From NCBI RefSeq assembly GCF_018350175.1, contig NC_058368.1, positions 30,940,001 to 31,004,000 on the forward strand: 64,000 bases of DNA, read 5' to 3'. Below are positions 25,347-39,755 of this stretch, one piece after another. How positions within the stretch are numbered: the first letter of the stretch is position 1; the number at the start of each line of letters is the position of its first letter. The DNA comes from Felis catus. Taxonomy: Eukaryota. The notes under the pieces were generated by a model that did not search any database, was not told the DNA's origin, and was given only the letters and a program-made list of their open reading frames with translations. A program made the position numbers and the translations under genes.

Positions 25347-28300
25347 GTGGCTCAAGATGGTGACGTAGGAAGATCTTGAACTCACTTCCTCCCGCACACA
25401 TACCAAATCTACAACTACATGTGGAACGGTTTCCTTTGAAAAAGACCTGGAAACTAACTCAACAGCTCCTCCGCAACATAGGATAAAAGGTCCACATCAG
25501 AACTGATAGGAGAGGCAGAGATATAGTCTTGCTAAAAACCTTACTCCCAGGGTGTCAACCATTCATTGGGAGGAATCTCACAAACAGGGAACTTCTCCCT
25601 GAGGAGCAAGGGGTTCATGCTCCACATTAGGTACTCCAATCCTTAGGACATGCACTGGAGAGACAAGCTTTGAAAACCAGTGGGTCTTATGTCTAGGAAA
25701 CCCAAAAGTCTGTAGGGAACTGAGATTTCACACTGAAAGGGCTCATACATAGACTAACTCTGAAACCCAATGCAAAAGCAGCAGTTTAAAACGTGCCCAG
25801 AGGATGAGCACTGGGTGTTGTATGGAAACCAATTTGACAATAAATTTCATATTTAAATAAATAAATGAATGAATGAATGAATGAATGAATAAAATATGCC
25901 CAGACTGTATGTGAAGGAGATTCACTTTATATCTTATAATCTTAGTGTCTGAAAGAGGGGCAAGTGTCTTTTGGGACTCTATCTGGGGATTGAGACACTG
26001 GTAGACACCATCTTTGTGTTCTCTGTCATGCTCACCGTCCTATTGGCATGCACAATTTTGCACTCTCTTTTTACCTTACTAACACCAGTGGGGCTGTCCT
26101 GCCCCTGTGCTCTCCTGTGGCTCTGCTAAAGCCAGCAGACATGGGCACAGTCCATGCATCCCTTAAGTGGCTGGTGCTGGTGACCAGGGCCAAAACAATT
26201 GGAGACACAGTTCTTGGCAGGCTACCACCCCCGGGAATGACACAGTAAAGAGACTGAAGCAAACCCCTAGTTTTTCAGTGAAAATGTCCTATTTACTTGT
26301 CCTGGAGCTTCAGCCTGAGGGACAGCCTTCAGGCTAACATTTACGGAATTTAGAGGTGATCTCAGGAATGTAGGCTGGGTTCACTATCTTTGCACTCTAC
26401 CTAGACCTTCCTACAGCTCACTGGTACTCCAAAAAAGGAGTTTATACACTTTTCCTGATTTTGGCAATATTCATCAGGAAATACCTCCAGATTACATGGT
26501 CTGGGGACAAGCAGGATTTATGATTGCAGTCCCACAGGACTGTATATAATTTGCACATTTTAAAAGCTGCTGGCTGAGGGTTTAATGGCTTTCAATGAGC
26601 CTGAAACTAAGTGCTGACTGAGATCCCTCCCTTTGAAACACTGACAGGTCTTGTTATACCCTAAACAACTGGGACATTTCAAGAATAAATCAGATCGTTT
26701 AGACCAATACAAGGGTTCAAGAGACAAAGAACACCTACGGCAAGGCTGAAGGATAAGATTCATCTTCTACACAAGGCCACTCCTTCATGACCAGGAGAGA
26801 AGCTGATTCACCTAATACATAGAAACAAACTCAGAGTCAAGTAAAAATCAGGAAATAGTGGAACATATTTCAAACTAAAGAACAAGATGAAATCCCAGTA
26901 ATAAACCTTCATGTAATGGAGATAGATAATGTACCTGATAAAGAGTTCAAAGTAATGGTCATAAAAATGCTCACCTAACTCAAGAGAAGGATAGATGGAC
27001 ACCCTGAGATCCTCAACAAAGAGATGGAAATAAGAGAAAATACCAAAAAGAAGTCACAAATCTGAAGAATATAATAACTAAACTGAAAATATACACTAGA
27101 GGGATTCAACAACAGCTAGATGAAACAGAAGAAAGGACCAATGATCTCAGACCCGTTAGACTCATCCAAACAGAGAAGCAAAAAGAAAAATTACATGTGT
27201 AAAAAAAAAAGTGAGGATAGCTTAAGGGACCTATAGGATAGTATCAAGTAGATAACATTTACATTATAGGGGGTCCCAGAAGAAGAGAAAAAGAAGGGGC
27301 CAGGAAACATACCTGAAGAAATAATGGCTGAAAACCCCTAACTTAGTGAAGGAAACAGACATCCAGGTGTAGGAAGACCACAGAGTTTGAATTAAAATGA
27401 ACCCAAAAAGATCCACACTGAGTCACATTTCAGTGAAATTTTGGAAGTTAAATAGAGCACCTTCAAAGCAGCAACAGAAAAGCAACTTGTTACATACAAG
27501 GGAAAACCCCATAAGGTTATAAGCAGATTTTTCAGTAGAAACTTTGCAGGCCAGAAAGGAGTGGCATGACATATTTAAGGTGCTGAAAAGAAACTTCCAA
27601 CCAAGAATACTTTCCCTGTGAATGTTATCATTCAGAATTGAAGGGGAGATCGAGTTTTCCAGATAAGCAAAAGCTAAAGGAAATCGTCATTTGTAATCAT
27701 ATCAAGCATCTTTTTTTGACTACCAGAGTATAAAACTAGAAATCATTTAAAAGAAGACTAAAAAATTACAAATACATGGAGATTAAACAACATAATACTG
27801 AACAATCAATAGGTCGATGAAGAAATCAAAGGGGGAATTAAAAATACCTCAAGACAAACGAAAATGTAAACAGAACATACCAAAATCTATGAGACACAGC
27901 AAAAGAAGTTCTAAGAGGGAAGTTCATGACAATATAGGCCTATCTTAAGAAACAAGAAATATTTCAAAATTACCGCTTTAACTTTATACCCAAATGAACT
28001 AGAAAAAGAAGCACAAAGTGAAAAGTTAGAAGGAAATAATAAAAATTAGAGCCAAGATAAATGAAATAGAGACTAAAAATGCAATAGAGAAGGTCAATGA
28101 AATTAAGAGTTGGTTCTTTGAAAAGATAAGCAAATCTGACAATACCTTAGCTGGACTCACTAAAACTAAAAGAGAGCAGAACCAAATAAATCAGAAGTTA
28201 CAAGGGATACCACAGAAAGACAAAGGGTCATTAGAGACTAGTAATAAGCATTTATATGCCAACAAATTGGACAATGTAACCTAGAAGAAATGGATTTCTA

Positions 28301-29220
28301 GAAACATACAATCTTCCAAGATTGAGTCACGAAGAAATAGAAAATTTGAGTAGATTATTAGTAAGGAGTAATTATACCTGATTACTAGGAATTAGTAATC
28401 AAAAACCTCTCAACAAATAAGTTCATGACCAGATGCTTCACTGGTGAATTCTACCAAATGTTATAAGAGGATTTAATACTTATTTTTCTCAAATTCTTCC
28501 AAAAAATTGAAGAAGTGGGGGTGCTCCAAACTCATCTTATGAATCCAGCAATACCCCGATACCAAAACCAGGCAAGGACACCACACACAAAAAATAAAAT
28601 CATAGGCCACTATCCCTGATGAAGACACAAAAAAAAAACCTTGACAAAATATTAGCAAATCGGATTCAAAAAACACATTAAAAGGATCATATGCCATGTT
28701 CAAATGGGATTTATTCACAGGGATGTATGGATGGTTTTACATCTACAAATCCACCAACAGGATCTATCACATTAACAAAATGAAGGATAAAAATTATACA
28801 GTCATCTCAATAGATGCAAATAAAGCGTTTGACAAAATTCAATATCTGTTTATGGGAAAAACTCTCAACAAAGTTGGCATAGAAGGAATGTACCACCACA
28901 GAATAAGGTCATATATGAGAAACTCATAGGTTATAACATACTTAACAGTGAAAAACTGAAAACTTTTTTCTCTAATATCAGGAACACAACAAGGGTGCCC
29001 ATTGTTGCCACTTTTGTTCAACATAGAATGATGAGTCCTAGACAGAGCAGTTAGGCAAGAAAAAGAAATAAAAGGCATCAAAATTTAAAAGGAAGAAGTA
29101 AATCTGTCACTATGTGGATGACATGATTTTATATACAGAAAACCTTAAAAACTCCACCAAAATCTTATAGAACTAACCAATTAATTCAGTAAAGTCACAT
29201 AGTATAAAATCAATATATAA
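25347..29220 (+). mobile_element. Older L1 with 5'UTR, ORF1 and partial ORF2; internally deleted and lacking its own 3' end
   Basis: 5' 'caagatggtgacgtaggaagatcttgaactcac'. ORF1-like text at 26850-27690. ORF 28696..28929 is RT-like ([13 protein letters not shown]). Confidence 0.88.
25802..25890 (+). mobile_element. Extremely 5'-truncated cat L1 (about 55 bp plus tail)
   Basis: Matches the last 55 nt of the L1 at 61225-61278. TSD aaaacgtgcccaga (25788-25801) / aaaatatgcccaga (25891-25904). Confidence 0.92.
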
Positions 29221-29645
29221 TCCAAATGAATGATTCATCGACTAGTGAATGGATAAACAAAATGTGGAACCCCATAAAATGGGTTACTTTTTTGGTGATA
29301 AGAAATGAACCACTTATATATGCCACAAAAAGTATGAACTTCAAAAACATTGTGATAAGTGAAAGAATCCATACAAAATACTACATATTATATGATTCAA
29401 TTTTTTAAAAATCCAGAAAAAGTCAAATTTGTAGAGAGAAAATACATATTGCTGTTTGGGGTTAGGGTAGATGCGTATATTAACTTCAAATAGACATGAG
29501 AGAATTCTTTGGAGTGATGGAAATTTTCTAAAATTGGGTTGTCAAGATGGTTGTACATCATAAATTTACTATAAATTATTGTACACTCACAATGGTTAGG
29601 TTTTATGGTAATAAATGACACCTCAATTAAGCTCTTAAAAAGCAT
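29221..29645 (+). mobile_element. L1MC/ME-like 3' end
   Basis: ORF 29226..29408 'STSEWINKMW...MNFKNIVISER'. 3'UTR ends 'cctcaattaagct'. Confidence 0.75.
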
Positions 29646-31237
29646 CAATCTTGTTAAGAAAGGAAAAGAAAAAGAGAGGATGAGAAATCAAAGCACATAA
29701 TTTTCAGAGCCCCGCTAATTTGCCTTTGTTTTACTGTGTGAATTAATCTGAGTTGAAGCTCTATCTCCAAGTCTCCCTTCCTAAGCAGGACATGGTTCAT
29801 CCTTTTGTTGCGTCCAGGCTTAGGAACCAGAAGAAATATGTTGGAGTGGTGACTCTACTACTTATGAGCTGAGTGATTTGGGGAATACTTCCTAGGGCTC
29901 AATTTTCTTATATGATGTGAATTATTTTGAAGAAGATATTTAAGGAAAAACAATTACTAAAATACACGATAACACCAACCTAGCATTGTTTTCCTCCCAG
30001 TAGTACTTGCCCCCATAGCTGTTCTCTGTTACTGTGAACGAAAAGTCAGGGTACAAAATTTCTCCATGGTACTTAAGAGGTGTATGGAAGGCTCCCTACA
30101 CTAAACATGCTCAACTACCTATTGAAGCCTCTGTATGTCTTCTTTTGACATCCCCCCACCGCCACACATGTGCTGCGTCCAAAGATTATTCCGTTTTCAA
30201 GAGGTTACTATTAAATAGAAAAGTTTAGCTAAATCTAGACTCTGGTGATATGTAACAAACAGTAAGGGAGATCCATAGTACCATGGCAAGTAATGAAGAC
30301 TATTCTATAACTCATAGCGTGGGGTCACACAGTTCTTGCATGAGATCAGGCATTCCCACAATGACAGTACTGTCTCTGGGTTCTGGTTCTGGATGATTGA
30401 GAACGCACACAATTTTGCCTCTTCCTTCCCAAATCTTAGTGAAGGAATGATGAATATGTATAGAAGAAACTATTCATAATAGCACTGAAGATGGAAGCAG
30501 GAACCGCAGTGTTTCAGAAATTGTGATGAATTTTGAGAACAAAAACCAACTGATACATACTGCTGAAAAACTAGAGAAAAAATATTGGTGCTAAACTGGG
30601 AGATGTCCTTTTCCAGCATAGCTGTGAAGAGACATCAAGCTTGAAGTAGGTGGACATTCTCTACAATCACTGGGCTAGTACAGCTAACATATATCTTCAT
30701 CTTCCTTGGCTCTTATCCTTTGAACATACACACACATGCATCCATCAGGAGGGAGAAGGGGAGGAAAAGTGAGCAGGGTCCTTTGCTTCTAGTTAAAATG
30801 AAATGAGCAAAATCTTGCTCTAGAAAGAAATTGAAAAATATGCCAGGAAAGACCAATGTTTTTAGTGGAAACTTTGATACCACCAAAAAGTCCTTACTTT
30901 GGCATTTGAATGGATGTAAGGATCACCTGACTCTCTACACCCAATGTGTGTGACCCCCAAATCCACTCCCCAAAAAACTTGACAGTCAGTATCCCCTTTG
31001 ACTCCACACAGACCTGTCAATCTCTGTCTTCTGGAGAAAGGCAATCATGAAAACAGACCTACTCCAGGTAGAAAGGCTTGTGCCAGTGACTTTTATTAAT
31101 AACATGGCTCTTTGTTTATAAATATAAATAGCAGTTAAGGACCACCAGGCATTTATGTAAGCTAAAAGCCAAAAATAAAAACAAAACACAACAGTTGATC
31201 TCGGGAAGATCAAACATGTTTTTGGTAAAAGAGAAAC

Positions 31238-31298
31238 TTTTTTTTAATGTTTATTTGTTTATTTTTGAGAAATAATGCATGTACGAGTGGGGGAGGGG

Positions 31299-31354
<56 letters not shown>

Positions 31355-31498
31355 GGGGGGAGAGACGATCCTAAGCAGACTCCTGCTATCAGCAAGGAGC
31401 CCAATGCTACTGGGGCTCAATCCCATGAACCATGAGATGATGACCTGAGCCGAAATTAAGAGTTGGACACTTGGCTGCCTGAGCCACCCACGCACCCC
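31238..31498 (-). mobile_element. Can-SINE with long (GA)n
   Basis: TSD aaaagagaaa on both sides; terminal 'gagccacccacgcacccc'. Confidence 0.93.
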
Positions 31499-31524
31499 AA
31501 AAGAGAAATCTTTTTAATAAACAT

Positions 31525-31850
31525 TATAATTAGAGGAACTATTGATACATGAAGTAACCTAGATGGAGCTCAGATGCATTTTGCTAAGTGAAAAGTCTAG
31601 ATTCAAACAAGATACCATATGATTCCACTTAATTCTGGAAGAGGCAAACTCTAGGGCTGGAGAACTTATCTCAGTTGCCAGGAATTGGGGGTATGGAAGG
31701 GCTGCAAAAGGGAATTTTTGGAGGATTTATAAAACTCTTCTCTGTCATGATTGGAGTAGTGACTATAAAGCTCTATCATACTTCATAACGCATGGAGCTA
31801 GAAATACAAAGAAAATTTTGCTATATGAAAATACAGAAATAAATTTAAAT
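31525..31850 (+). mobile_element. Old L1 3'UTR fragment
   Basis: 'gaggaactattgatacatg...ttttgctaagtgaaa...atatgattccactt'. Confidence 0.65.
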
Positions 31851-33403
31851 TTCAAAGTAGCATTCTCACAAACAGTAGAGAAAATAGCATGTTCCCAAAA
31901 ACAAGAAGAAACTACTAGAATGAAGGAGCATTCTGAAAGAACAAAATAGAAGCTTCCCAAATACTATTGATGAAGTTAAAAAAAAAATCCTTCCCTGTCC
32001 CTCCTTATCCCTCCTTTTCTGTGCGTGCATCTATGTGCTTATGTGTGTTTGGTTTGAAAGTTTTGAGGAGTAAATATGTTAGACAAGTTAGTACAGAGGT
32101 TGTGGAAAATTTAAAGGATATAGAGGAAAATAAAGACAAAGATAAAAATAAGGATAATTTGAAAGCAACGTTAAGAAATTGGGCTATACAACATCGACAT
32201 GAAATATATTTTCAGAAAGAGAAGTTAAAAAATAGGAAGGTAATCCATTAATAAAAAAACAAATCTCACAGCTTCAAATTGATATTTTGGTTAAGTGCTG
32301 AGCAGGGGAAAACAAATGGGGTCTGCAAATTAATACATATCCTTGTGAAAATGTTAATACAAAAAATAAAAATGCTTTCAGCATAAACCATAAAGTGGTT
32401 TACGCAGAAAAGGCTAGCTAAGAAATGGTTTGGGTGTGTGTTTCATCAGTTTTAAATTTCATCAGATGAATTAGCTTCTTTTTGGTGTGGACACCATGAC
32501 TATCACAAAAGATGACCTACAGTCCCACTTCCCAGAGCTTATAATCTTTTCTAGAAATTCAAAAGGTATCTAGGTATGGGCATATACTTTTATTGACAGC
32601 TTTCTGAAGCAAATTAGTCATTCAAAAAAAAAAATAAAAGTGAGAAGCCTGTTGTTTTCATCCACATTGCATGCTAAAGCTTTATATCTGTGCCACACAA
32701 AACCTTTCCCAATATGATGTCTTAATGATTAGCAATTTGGAAGGTTTAGTCTGTCATTGAGATCAGACACTCTTTGTTTGTGTGCCTTTGTCATTACTTG
32801 ATCTCGTCATATAAGCAACACTATGTTTTAGTCTAATTCTCCAAAAAACACCATAATCAATGGAAATGATGATAATTAGATCAAAAAGCTATTTTTTTTT
32901 TCTGACAAAGAGACTGTAGGCAAAGTCTCTGGTAGAGGCTACCATTATTAGCAGGTGCAGTGAGCTCTACACTTGTCACTGAATTGTAATACTAGAGATT
33001 GCTTTTGGTAATGCATTTTTTTCAGGAGCTTTAAATGCGAAAGAAAAATAGGGAATATGGAACAATGTGTTGCATGTTCAACTTACCTAGTCTATTTCAT
33101 ATTGCACTGATACTTACATGCTTGTGACCACAAATGGCATAAAGAATATTAAAAGAAAATCATGAAAATGATAGTGAATTTTAGTACCAAGTATACAACC
33201 AGTTAAGAATTCTCGTTGATAAATGTAACTGGTACTTCATCAACCAGTTTTTGGCATTAATTAACTGGCCTTTCCATAGTCTCTAGCACAATATCCTTAA
33301 AGTCCCTAGAAATCCTTGCGTGATTCTGAATAAAAGAAATGTTAAATGCTCAGTACACTTCCCATTAAGTCATTTTAGCACCATAACTGGACATTCTCTC
33401 ACT

Positions 33404-33734
33404 CATAGGTTGCCACCTGGCAGCTTATAAGCCAAAAACACGATGCTAATGATGTATTGCAGTAGATAGTGTGCAAACCGGAGTTGTCAACATTTAAAAA
33501 CCAGGATATTTTACCTCAGAACCAGAATTTCTCTGCTGCTTTTGACAAATTTGAAAAGCGGGCTTGCCTTTCTACAGTAATTTGATGCTAAATAGCAGCT
33601 GACATTGTTTAAAATGACGTATCCTTACTGCTTCTCCACAGATCGCCCCCACTGCCATTGTGGTACAGTGGCTCTCTTTGTTCATTTACATTACATTTGC
33701 CCCTCCTCCATGGCACTTGAATAAGTGACCCCTT
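33404..33734 (+). mobile_element. MER102-like hAT-Charlie fossil
   Basis: 'agttgtcaacatttaaaaaccaggatatttt', 'tcatttacattac' and end 'ggcacttgaataagtgacccct'. Confidence 0.75.
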
Positions 33735-34494
33735 ATGTTCTCTCCATCAATTAATAGAGAAAGAAGGCAGAAAAGGAAAGTGATGTACCTAACCTGATTT
33801 CCTGCTCTAGGGAGCATGGACAGACCTCTGTAGCAAGGTGTTTCCATTCACAATTCCATGTTAGCTTTTTAATTTTTGAAAAAAATCAATCGCTGCATTT
33901 TGTATACGCTTGATAACAAGCTATGTCATTAGTCTTCCTGAAGTTATTGTAAGCAAGAGTTTATAATCCCTGCTAAAATAGAGACATAAAAATAATCCTT
34001 GGCAAGAAATTGATCTGTGATATAGATAAGTACTTCATCACTTGAAAAGTCCCAACAAGTACAGTAATTTGCATTGTCAGAGTTTCTGTGTGATCTTCAC
34101 TGCATTCTATGAAGATGTTCGATTCCCTACAAAATCCTTTCTAGTAATTATAATCGGGGTAAGAGGGAAACCTCTTTCTGAATCTGTCTTCTTATAGCAA
34201 CTGAATTTTTCCAAACCGAACTCAAAATATATGAGAACTAAGTTTTTTTTTACGTATAGAATCTTTTTTTTCTAATAATATAGTTAAAAATATGTATTTT
34301 ATTACCCATGAAACAGTGTTTTCAAAACAGCTATTTCCAAGGCAAATAAACATATATAGAAATATGTAGGGTATTTTAGGTAGTTTTAAATTTTTGCATA
34401 TACAAAAATAATAGGAATTAATTTTTTTAAAAATGGAGAAATAATTGGGAAAGAGCACACAGGTGTGTTCCAGAGCCAAGCTGTTTTAAGAAGG

Positions 34495-35125
34495 GATACG
34501 TAGAAATGCAAAATGGTGTAGTTGCTATGGAAAACAGTATGGAGATTCCTCCCAAAATTAATAATAGAACTACCATATGCTCTAGCAATCTCACTTCTGC
34601 ATATTATCCAAAAGAATTGAAATTTGGATCTCAAAGAGCTATTAGCACTCCCACATTCATTGCACATGGCCAAGATGTGGAAATAACTTGAATGTCCTTT
34701 GATGGATGAATAAAGAAAATGTGGTCTATGCATACAATGGAATATTATTCAGCCTTTAAAAAGAAGGAAATTCTGCAATATGCTACAACATGGATGAACT
34801 TCGAGAACATTTTGTTAAGTGAAGTAAGTCAGTGACAGAAAGAACTGTAGTGTATAATTTTATTTTTTTTTTAGGTGTTTAAAAAGGTCAAATTCATAGA
34901 ATTGGAGTAGAATGGTAGTTTGCAGGGATTAGTGAGAGGGAGAAATGAGGAATTAATGATCAACAGATATAAAATTTCAGTGAAGCAAGATGAATAAACT
35001 CTAGACAGCTACTTTACAACATTGTACCTATAATCGACAATACCATATAGTACACTTAAACATTTGTAAGTAGGGTAGGTCTCATGTTAAGTAAATGCTC
35101 TTACCACAATAAGATATTTTTTAAA
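34495..35125 (+). mobile_element. L1MA-like 3' end
   Basis: 'ctatggaaaacagtatggagattcct' through 'ctcttaccacaataa'. Confidence 0.85.
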
Positions 35126-36401
35126 CAAAGAGTGGTAGAAATCGTTTGAAACAAAAACAGCTCTTATTTTACCCCAAAATCACATGTGATAGCTTTCCAC
35201 ATTTATATACAACGTTCAGCTCCTTTAATTTAGGCCACTATACAAGCTTGACGGATTTATTTTTTAAAGACATTGCTTTAGTTCCATGCTGAGTATCGAA
35301 ATAAATAATGCATGCCTGTAGTTATAGAGCCTCAAATGATCTGTTATTATTGGGCTCAAGGAATGTATGTACTGGATGTAGAGTGGGAGAGAGGAGGAAA
35401 AAGAGTGAAATTGTTATTTAGCCCTTATCATGACCATATGGTCTCATATTATCCTGCCATCGTGGGTCAACCTACATGGTAACAGCCAGGTAGCCATAGT
35501 GTCAGCTGATATCTTGCATATAAAAACAAGAATCTACAGTTGCATGTTTCTTTTTCCCCACCTACTTATGGGAGTCCCCAGGGAACACATATGGGTTCTA
35601 GACATCCATGATGGTTGTGAATCGTGCCCTCAACCAGACTTCTCTCTCTAGATATCTACTTGAGGGTTCTACCACCTGCCATCATCTGATGGTCTTCTTT
35701 AGATTTGCTGCTACTTTGCACGTACATTTTGTTTTGTGCTAGATACAGTTCTCTCACACACAGAAATAAAAATTTACACACAAAAGTTAATTACGTTTAT
35801 TTATGTTTATGAACAAAGGTAATTACATTTTAAAAACTAAGATATCCATTTCTAGTGTCCACAGACCAAAGAAGTTAGTTAGTTCTCCTTATTTCCCAGT
35901 CAGCTGCCTCTAGCAGGGGCAAGATCCCTTTTCACTGAGAGAAGAGCTTTGGAACTTAACCCTAGTTGAAAACTCTACCCTACTTATCCCAGAAAAAATT
36001 CTTTTTCATCCTCTCTTTTAATAAAGGCTTCCCTCATTTCCTGCTCTAGGTGATGCCCTGAAGGAAAATTGTTCACCATGAAACACAAGATATGTTCTGG
36101 CCTACATGGTTCCACAAAGGCAGTCAAAATAATTGCCAGTACACTTCCAAAGTCTGGATTATTTAACCTTAAATAACATGCAGGGGGAGGGTGGTTGAAA
36201 GTCTGAGCTGAGACAGGGCAATCCAATCGGAATCCTATTCACAACATTACTTCCAGCATAAGGTAAAGATCAGTTCCTTGGATTGCCAGATTACCTGTGA
36301 TAGCATTTTGTCTAAAAAAAAATACACTTTATCATGGGCATTTACATTTGGATCCTTACCTGGGAAACTTATTTTGTAACTCTGCTGTATCATAGTCTGG
36401 C

Positions 36402-36770
36402 TACCATGGACTGAATATTTACGTCCCCCTGCTCACTCAACCACCAAATCATTTGTTAAGATTCTAACGCCTCATGTGATGGTGATTAGGAGGTAGGACC
36501 TTTGGAAGTATTTAGTTCATAAAGGCAGAGCCCTCAAGAATAGGATTTATGCCCTTATAAGAAGAAAAAATGAGGCTTGCTATCTTCAGCTCTCATCTCC
36601 TCTATAGAGAATGCAAGAAAACAGTCATCTCCAGACCAGGAAGTGGGCATCACCAGACACTGGATCTGCTGGCATCTTGAACTTAGACCTCCCCATCTCT
36701 AGAATTATGAGAAATGTTATTTTCAAGAGCCTCATCTATGGAAATTTTTATAGCGACCCCAACTGAAACA
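36402..36770 (+). mobile_element. MLT1A-like solo LTR
   Basis: 'atggactgaatatttacgtcccc', 'gcccttataagaaga' and 'ctgctggcatcttgaacttagacctcccc'. Confidence 0.85.
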
Positions 36771-36932
36771 CTGCATAAATGCACACCCAACTTACACTGC
36801 TTCATAAAACACATAGCATCTGAGTTTGAGTTTCTGCACAGTGTTATCTTTGCATTTTCTCCAGAAAAAAATAGGTGAGTGAAGTATTTGCTTTACTTTT
36901 GTGTAAATGGACATACCATTGTGATTATTTCT

Positions 36933-37147
36933 AAATTGTTTTTTCAACGTTTATTTATTTTTGGGACAGAGAGAGACAGAGCATGAACGGGGGAGGGGCA
37001 GAGAGAGAGGGAGACACAGAATCGGAAACAGGCTCCAGGCTCTGAGCCATCAGCCCAGAGCATGACACGGGGCTCGAACTCACGGACCGCGAGATTGTGA
37101 CCTGGCTGAAGTCGGACGCTTAACTGACTGCGCCACCCAGGCGCCCC
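36933..37147 (-). mobile_element. Young felid SINEC_Fc-type Can-SINE
   Basis: CpG-rich and near consensus. Perfect TSD gtgattatttct at 36921-36932 and 37148-37159. Confidence 0.96.
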
Positions 37148-37897
37148 GTGATTATTTCTTTATACAAACAGGACACAATAGCGAATTGATACTACTTCTC
37201 CAGGAAACAGAACTATAACTGATGTTTTCTGGAACACTCTTTTAATTTCAAAACTGAACCCCTGCCTTTGTCACTCCATTACATTCAAAATGAAATAGAG
37301 CATAGTAAAAGTTGTTACAAGTTTGTTGAACTTCCCCCAAACAGAAATTTCTTGAATCCCTAAATTTGATGCTCTAAACCTCAGGATAAAAATGGATTTC
37401 TTGAGCACTAAATCTCAAGCACTAAATGAATTTCATTCAATCAAGAAATATTTATTTAGTACTTTCAAAATGCTGGGCTCTGAAGGACATAGAGCTAAAG
37501 CTATAAATAAATCAGAAGTCATCACTGCCCTCCTGAACCTTCTAGTGTAGAAATTATCTAACACTGTGGTTGTGTTGTTATTTTAGTGATTTCAAATTCC
37601 AAAATTTAGTATGTGAGCAATTTAGAAAACATATAAAATAAACAAATGTTGACTTAGGCGGACCTTAATAACTCATACTCATTTAAGTCTTTGTGTCTCA
37701 AAAATTATTTCATATAAAATATCTATTTCTTCTCACAGTGCTATTGGGTAGGTCAGATTATTCCTCCTATTGTCCTGGTTCATGTAACAAGGCCTTTCAG
37801 TTGGCTAATAACAATTCATCTCCTTTCTCCTTGTGAAAGCTAAATATAAAGAATAAAGGAGGATAATAAGTGGGATGATAATCCTAAGAGAATAAAT

Positions 37898-38006
37898 TTG
37901 ACTCAAATTTGAGTCAATGATGACTCACTTATTACCTCAGTAGAATATATTGTCTTAGTCTATTTAAAATCCCTTTTCTCTTTGTTCTGGTACAAGTCCT
38001 GACTCA
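37898..38006. promoter_or_regulatory. Cluster of four AP-1 consensus sites (TGA[C/G]TCA)
   Basis: Sites at 37899-37905, 37910-37916, 37921-37927 and 38000-38006. The motifs are certain; function is untested. Confidence 0.4.
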
Positions 38007-39692
38007 TCATCCCAAAGAGTAGAAACCCCAGTAACCAGCACCACCATTAGTAGCCAGGGTGAACAGATAACTCACATGAGGCAAATCACATTTGTTCTTC
38101 CAACAGACCTGGGTTTTCAGCTCTGCTTTGGTTCTGTGGACTGCTTGGAATCCATTTTTCTTGTTTGAATAATTTATCATAAATTTCTATTATTTATATC
38201 CAAAGAACTATAACGGAGACAGTCACCCAGAATCCTGTCACTTTATTGGGAGAAAAAAATGCCATGTACAGTCTTGCTTACGTGGAATTTAAGGGAAATA
38301 AAGGCTTGCATTGCTTTTTATGACATCTTCAGTTCTGACTTGAACATCGAAAAAACTGGGTATCATGAGAAACCTCTACCTTCTATCTAATCTTGTGTCT
38401 GTTCTCAATGAGAGTGGAAGGTGATTAAGGTGTTAGGTGAAAAACTTCATTAAAAATTTCATGTTAAGAGAGAAATGCTAGAGGTTAGTCTAGTGGGTTT
38501 TCATCATAGGTATTTTAAATAGGTAATTCTATCAGTCTGAAATTTAAGTCATTCACTCACAGCTGTGTGGCTCTCACTTTCACAATTAAGGTCACTCTTC
38601 CACAGAGACTAAATTGAACTTCCCCTTTCAAAATAGCATAATCTCCAAATGTATTTCCTACACTGTGAATATACGATTTCAGATAAGCAGCAGATAAGCA
38701 TGTGGTTGAAAAGTATGTCACCTAACTGCTCCAAAACTTTATCAGTGGACTCACCTGATGAACACATTGCCTCGTTGTCCTGTATGTGACCCCTTTCTGA
38801 AGTTAGGATGTGATCTCAGCTACTGAATTGTACCTCATTAAAGGGAAGCATTATGTAACTTGTTTAAATTTGTTTTGACTTCGAGCTACAGTATCCCATA
38901 AGAATATACTTAACTGTCGGCAAGAGTTCTACTTTACAATGACAGAGACCAAAAAATAAATAAATAAGCAAACAAGCCCAAATCAATGAATTCACCCGTT
39001 CCTCCATACCAACAGGTGTCTTTGATGTACTGAAGGTTATATAGCTCTCTTTCTTGTCAGTTGTCTGTCAGTATCATTATTACTTTTATTTGTACATGTT
39101 ATTAGCATTATAGTTATTTTATTTTCATTGCCTGGAAAGAATGAGCTGGTATCACAGAATCGACAGAGGCAACAAATCCCTGCCTTATGCATTCCAATGC
39201 CTGACTCGGCAAAGAAACCTGAACTTCAAGACAGGAAACACGCACATGGTGCAATAAGAACAAAGCAAATTCTTTCAAGGAAATGAAGATGACAGCCATG
39301 CATAAAGAAGGTCATTCATAAAACTTTTGAAGAAGTCCTTTCAAATTCAAACTGTAGTTTTATTATTGTTATGAGAATTATATTTAAAATCAAAGTGTTT
39401 ACTTATTTCATGTTTTGAAAAGTATGAGATAATTTGAAATTGTCACTGTAATATCACATTTTTTTTTTACAAGCAGAGACTTTTTTTTTAATTTTTGGCT
39501 AGCAAGACACTGGAATTACAATGAGCCTATATGTGGGTATGTGGGAAAACATAGCAGTGTAATCTCCTATGCTGTGGAAATTGCACCTTAAAATATTTAT
39601 GCACACTTTTATCCTTTCAATATATGTGAACCCTGAATGAAGTGAGTTGAATACTTTGGGGATTTTAACTCATGCTATGTTGTGATGAAATT

Positions 39693-39723
39693 GTTTTCCT
39701 TTTTTTTTAAATTTACTTATTTT

Positions 39724-39755
<32 letters not shown>

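Noticed and set aside
39130..39310. Exon-like purine-rich segment
   Set aside because: Plus frames contain stops, there is no strong donor site and no recognisable peptide.
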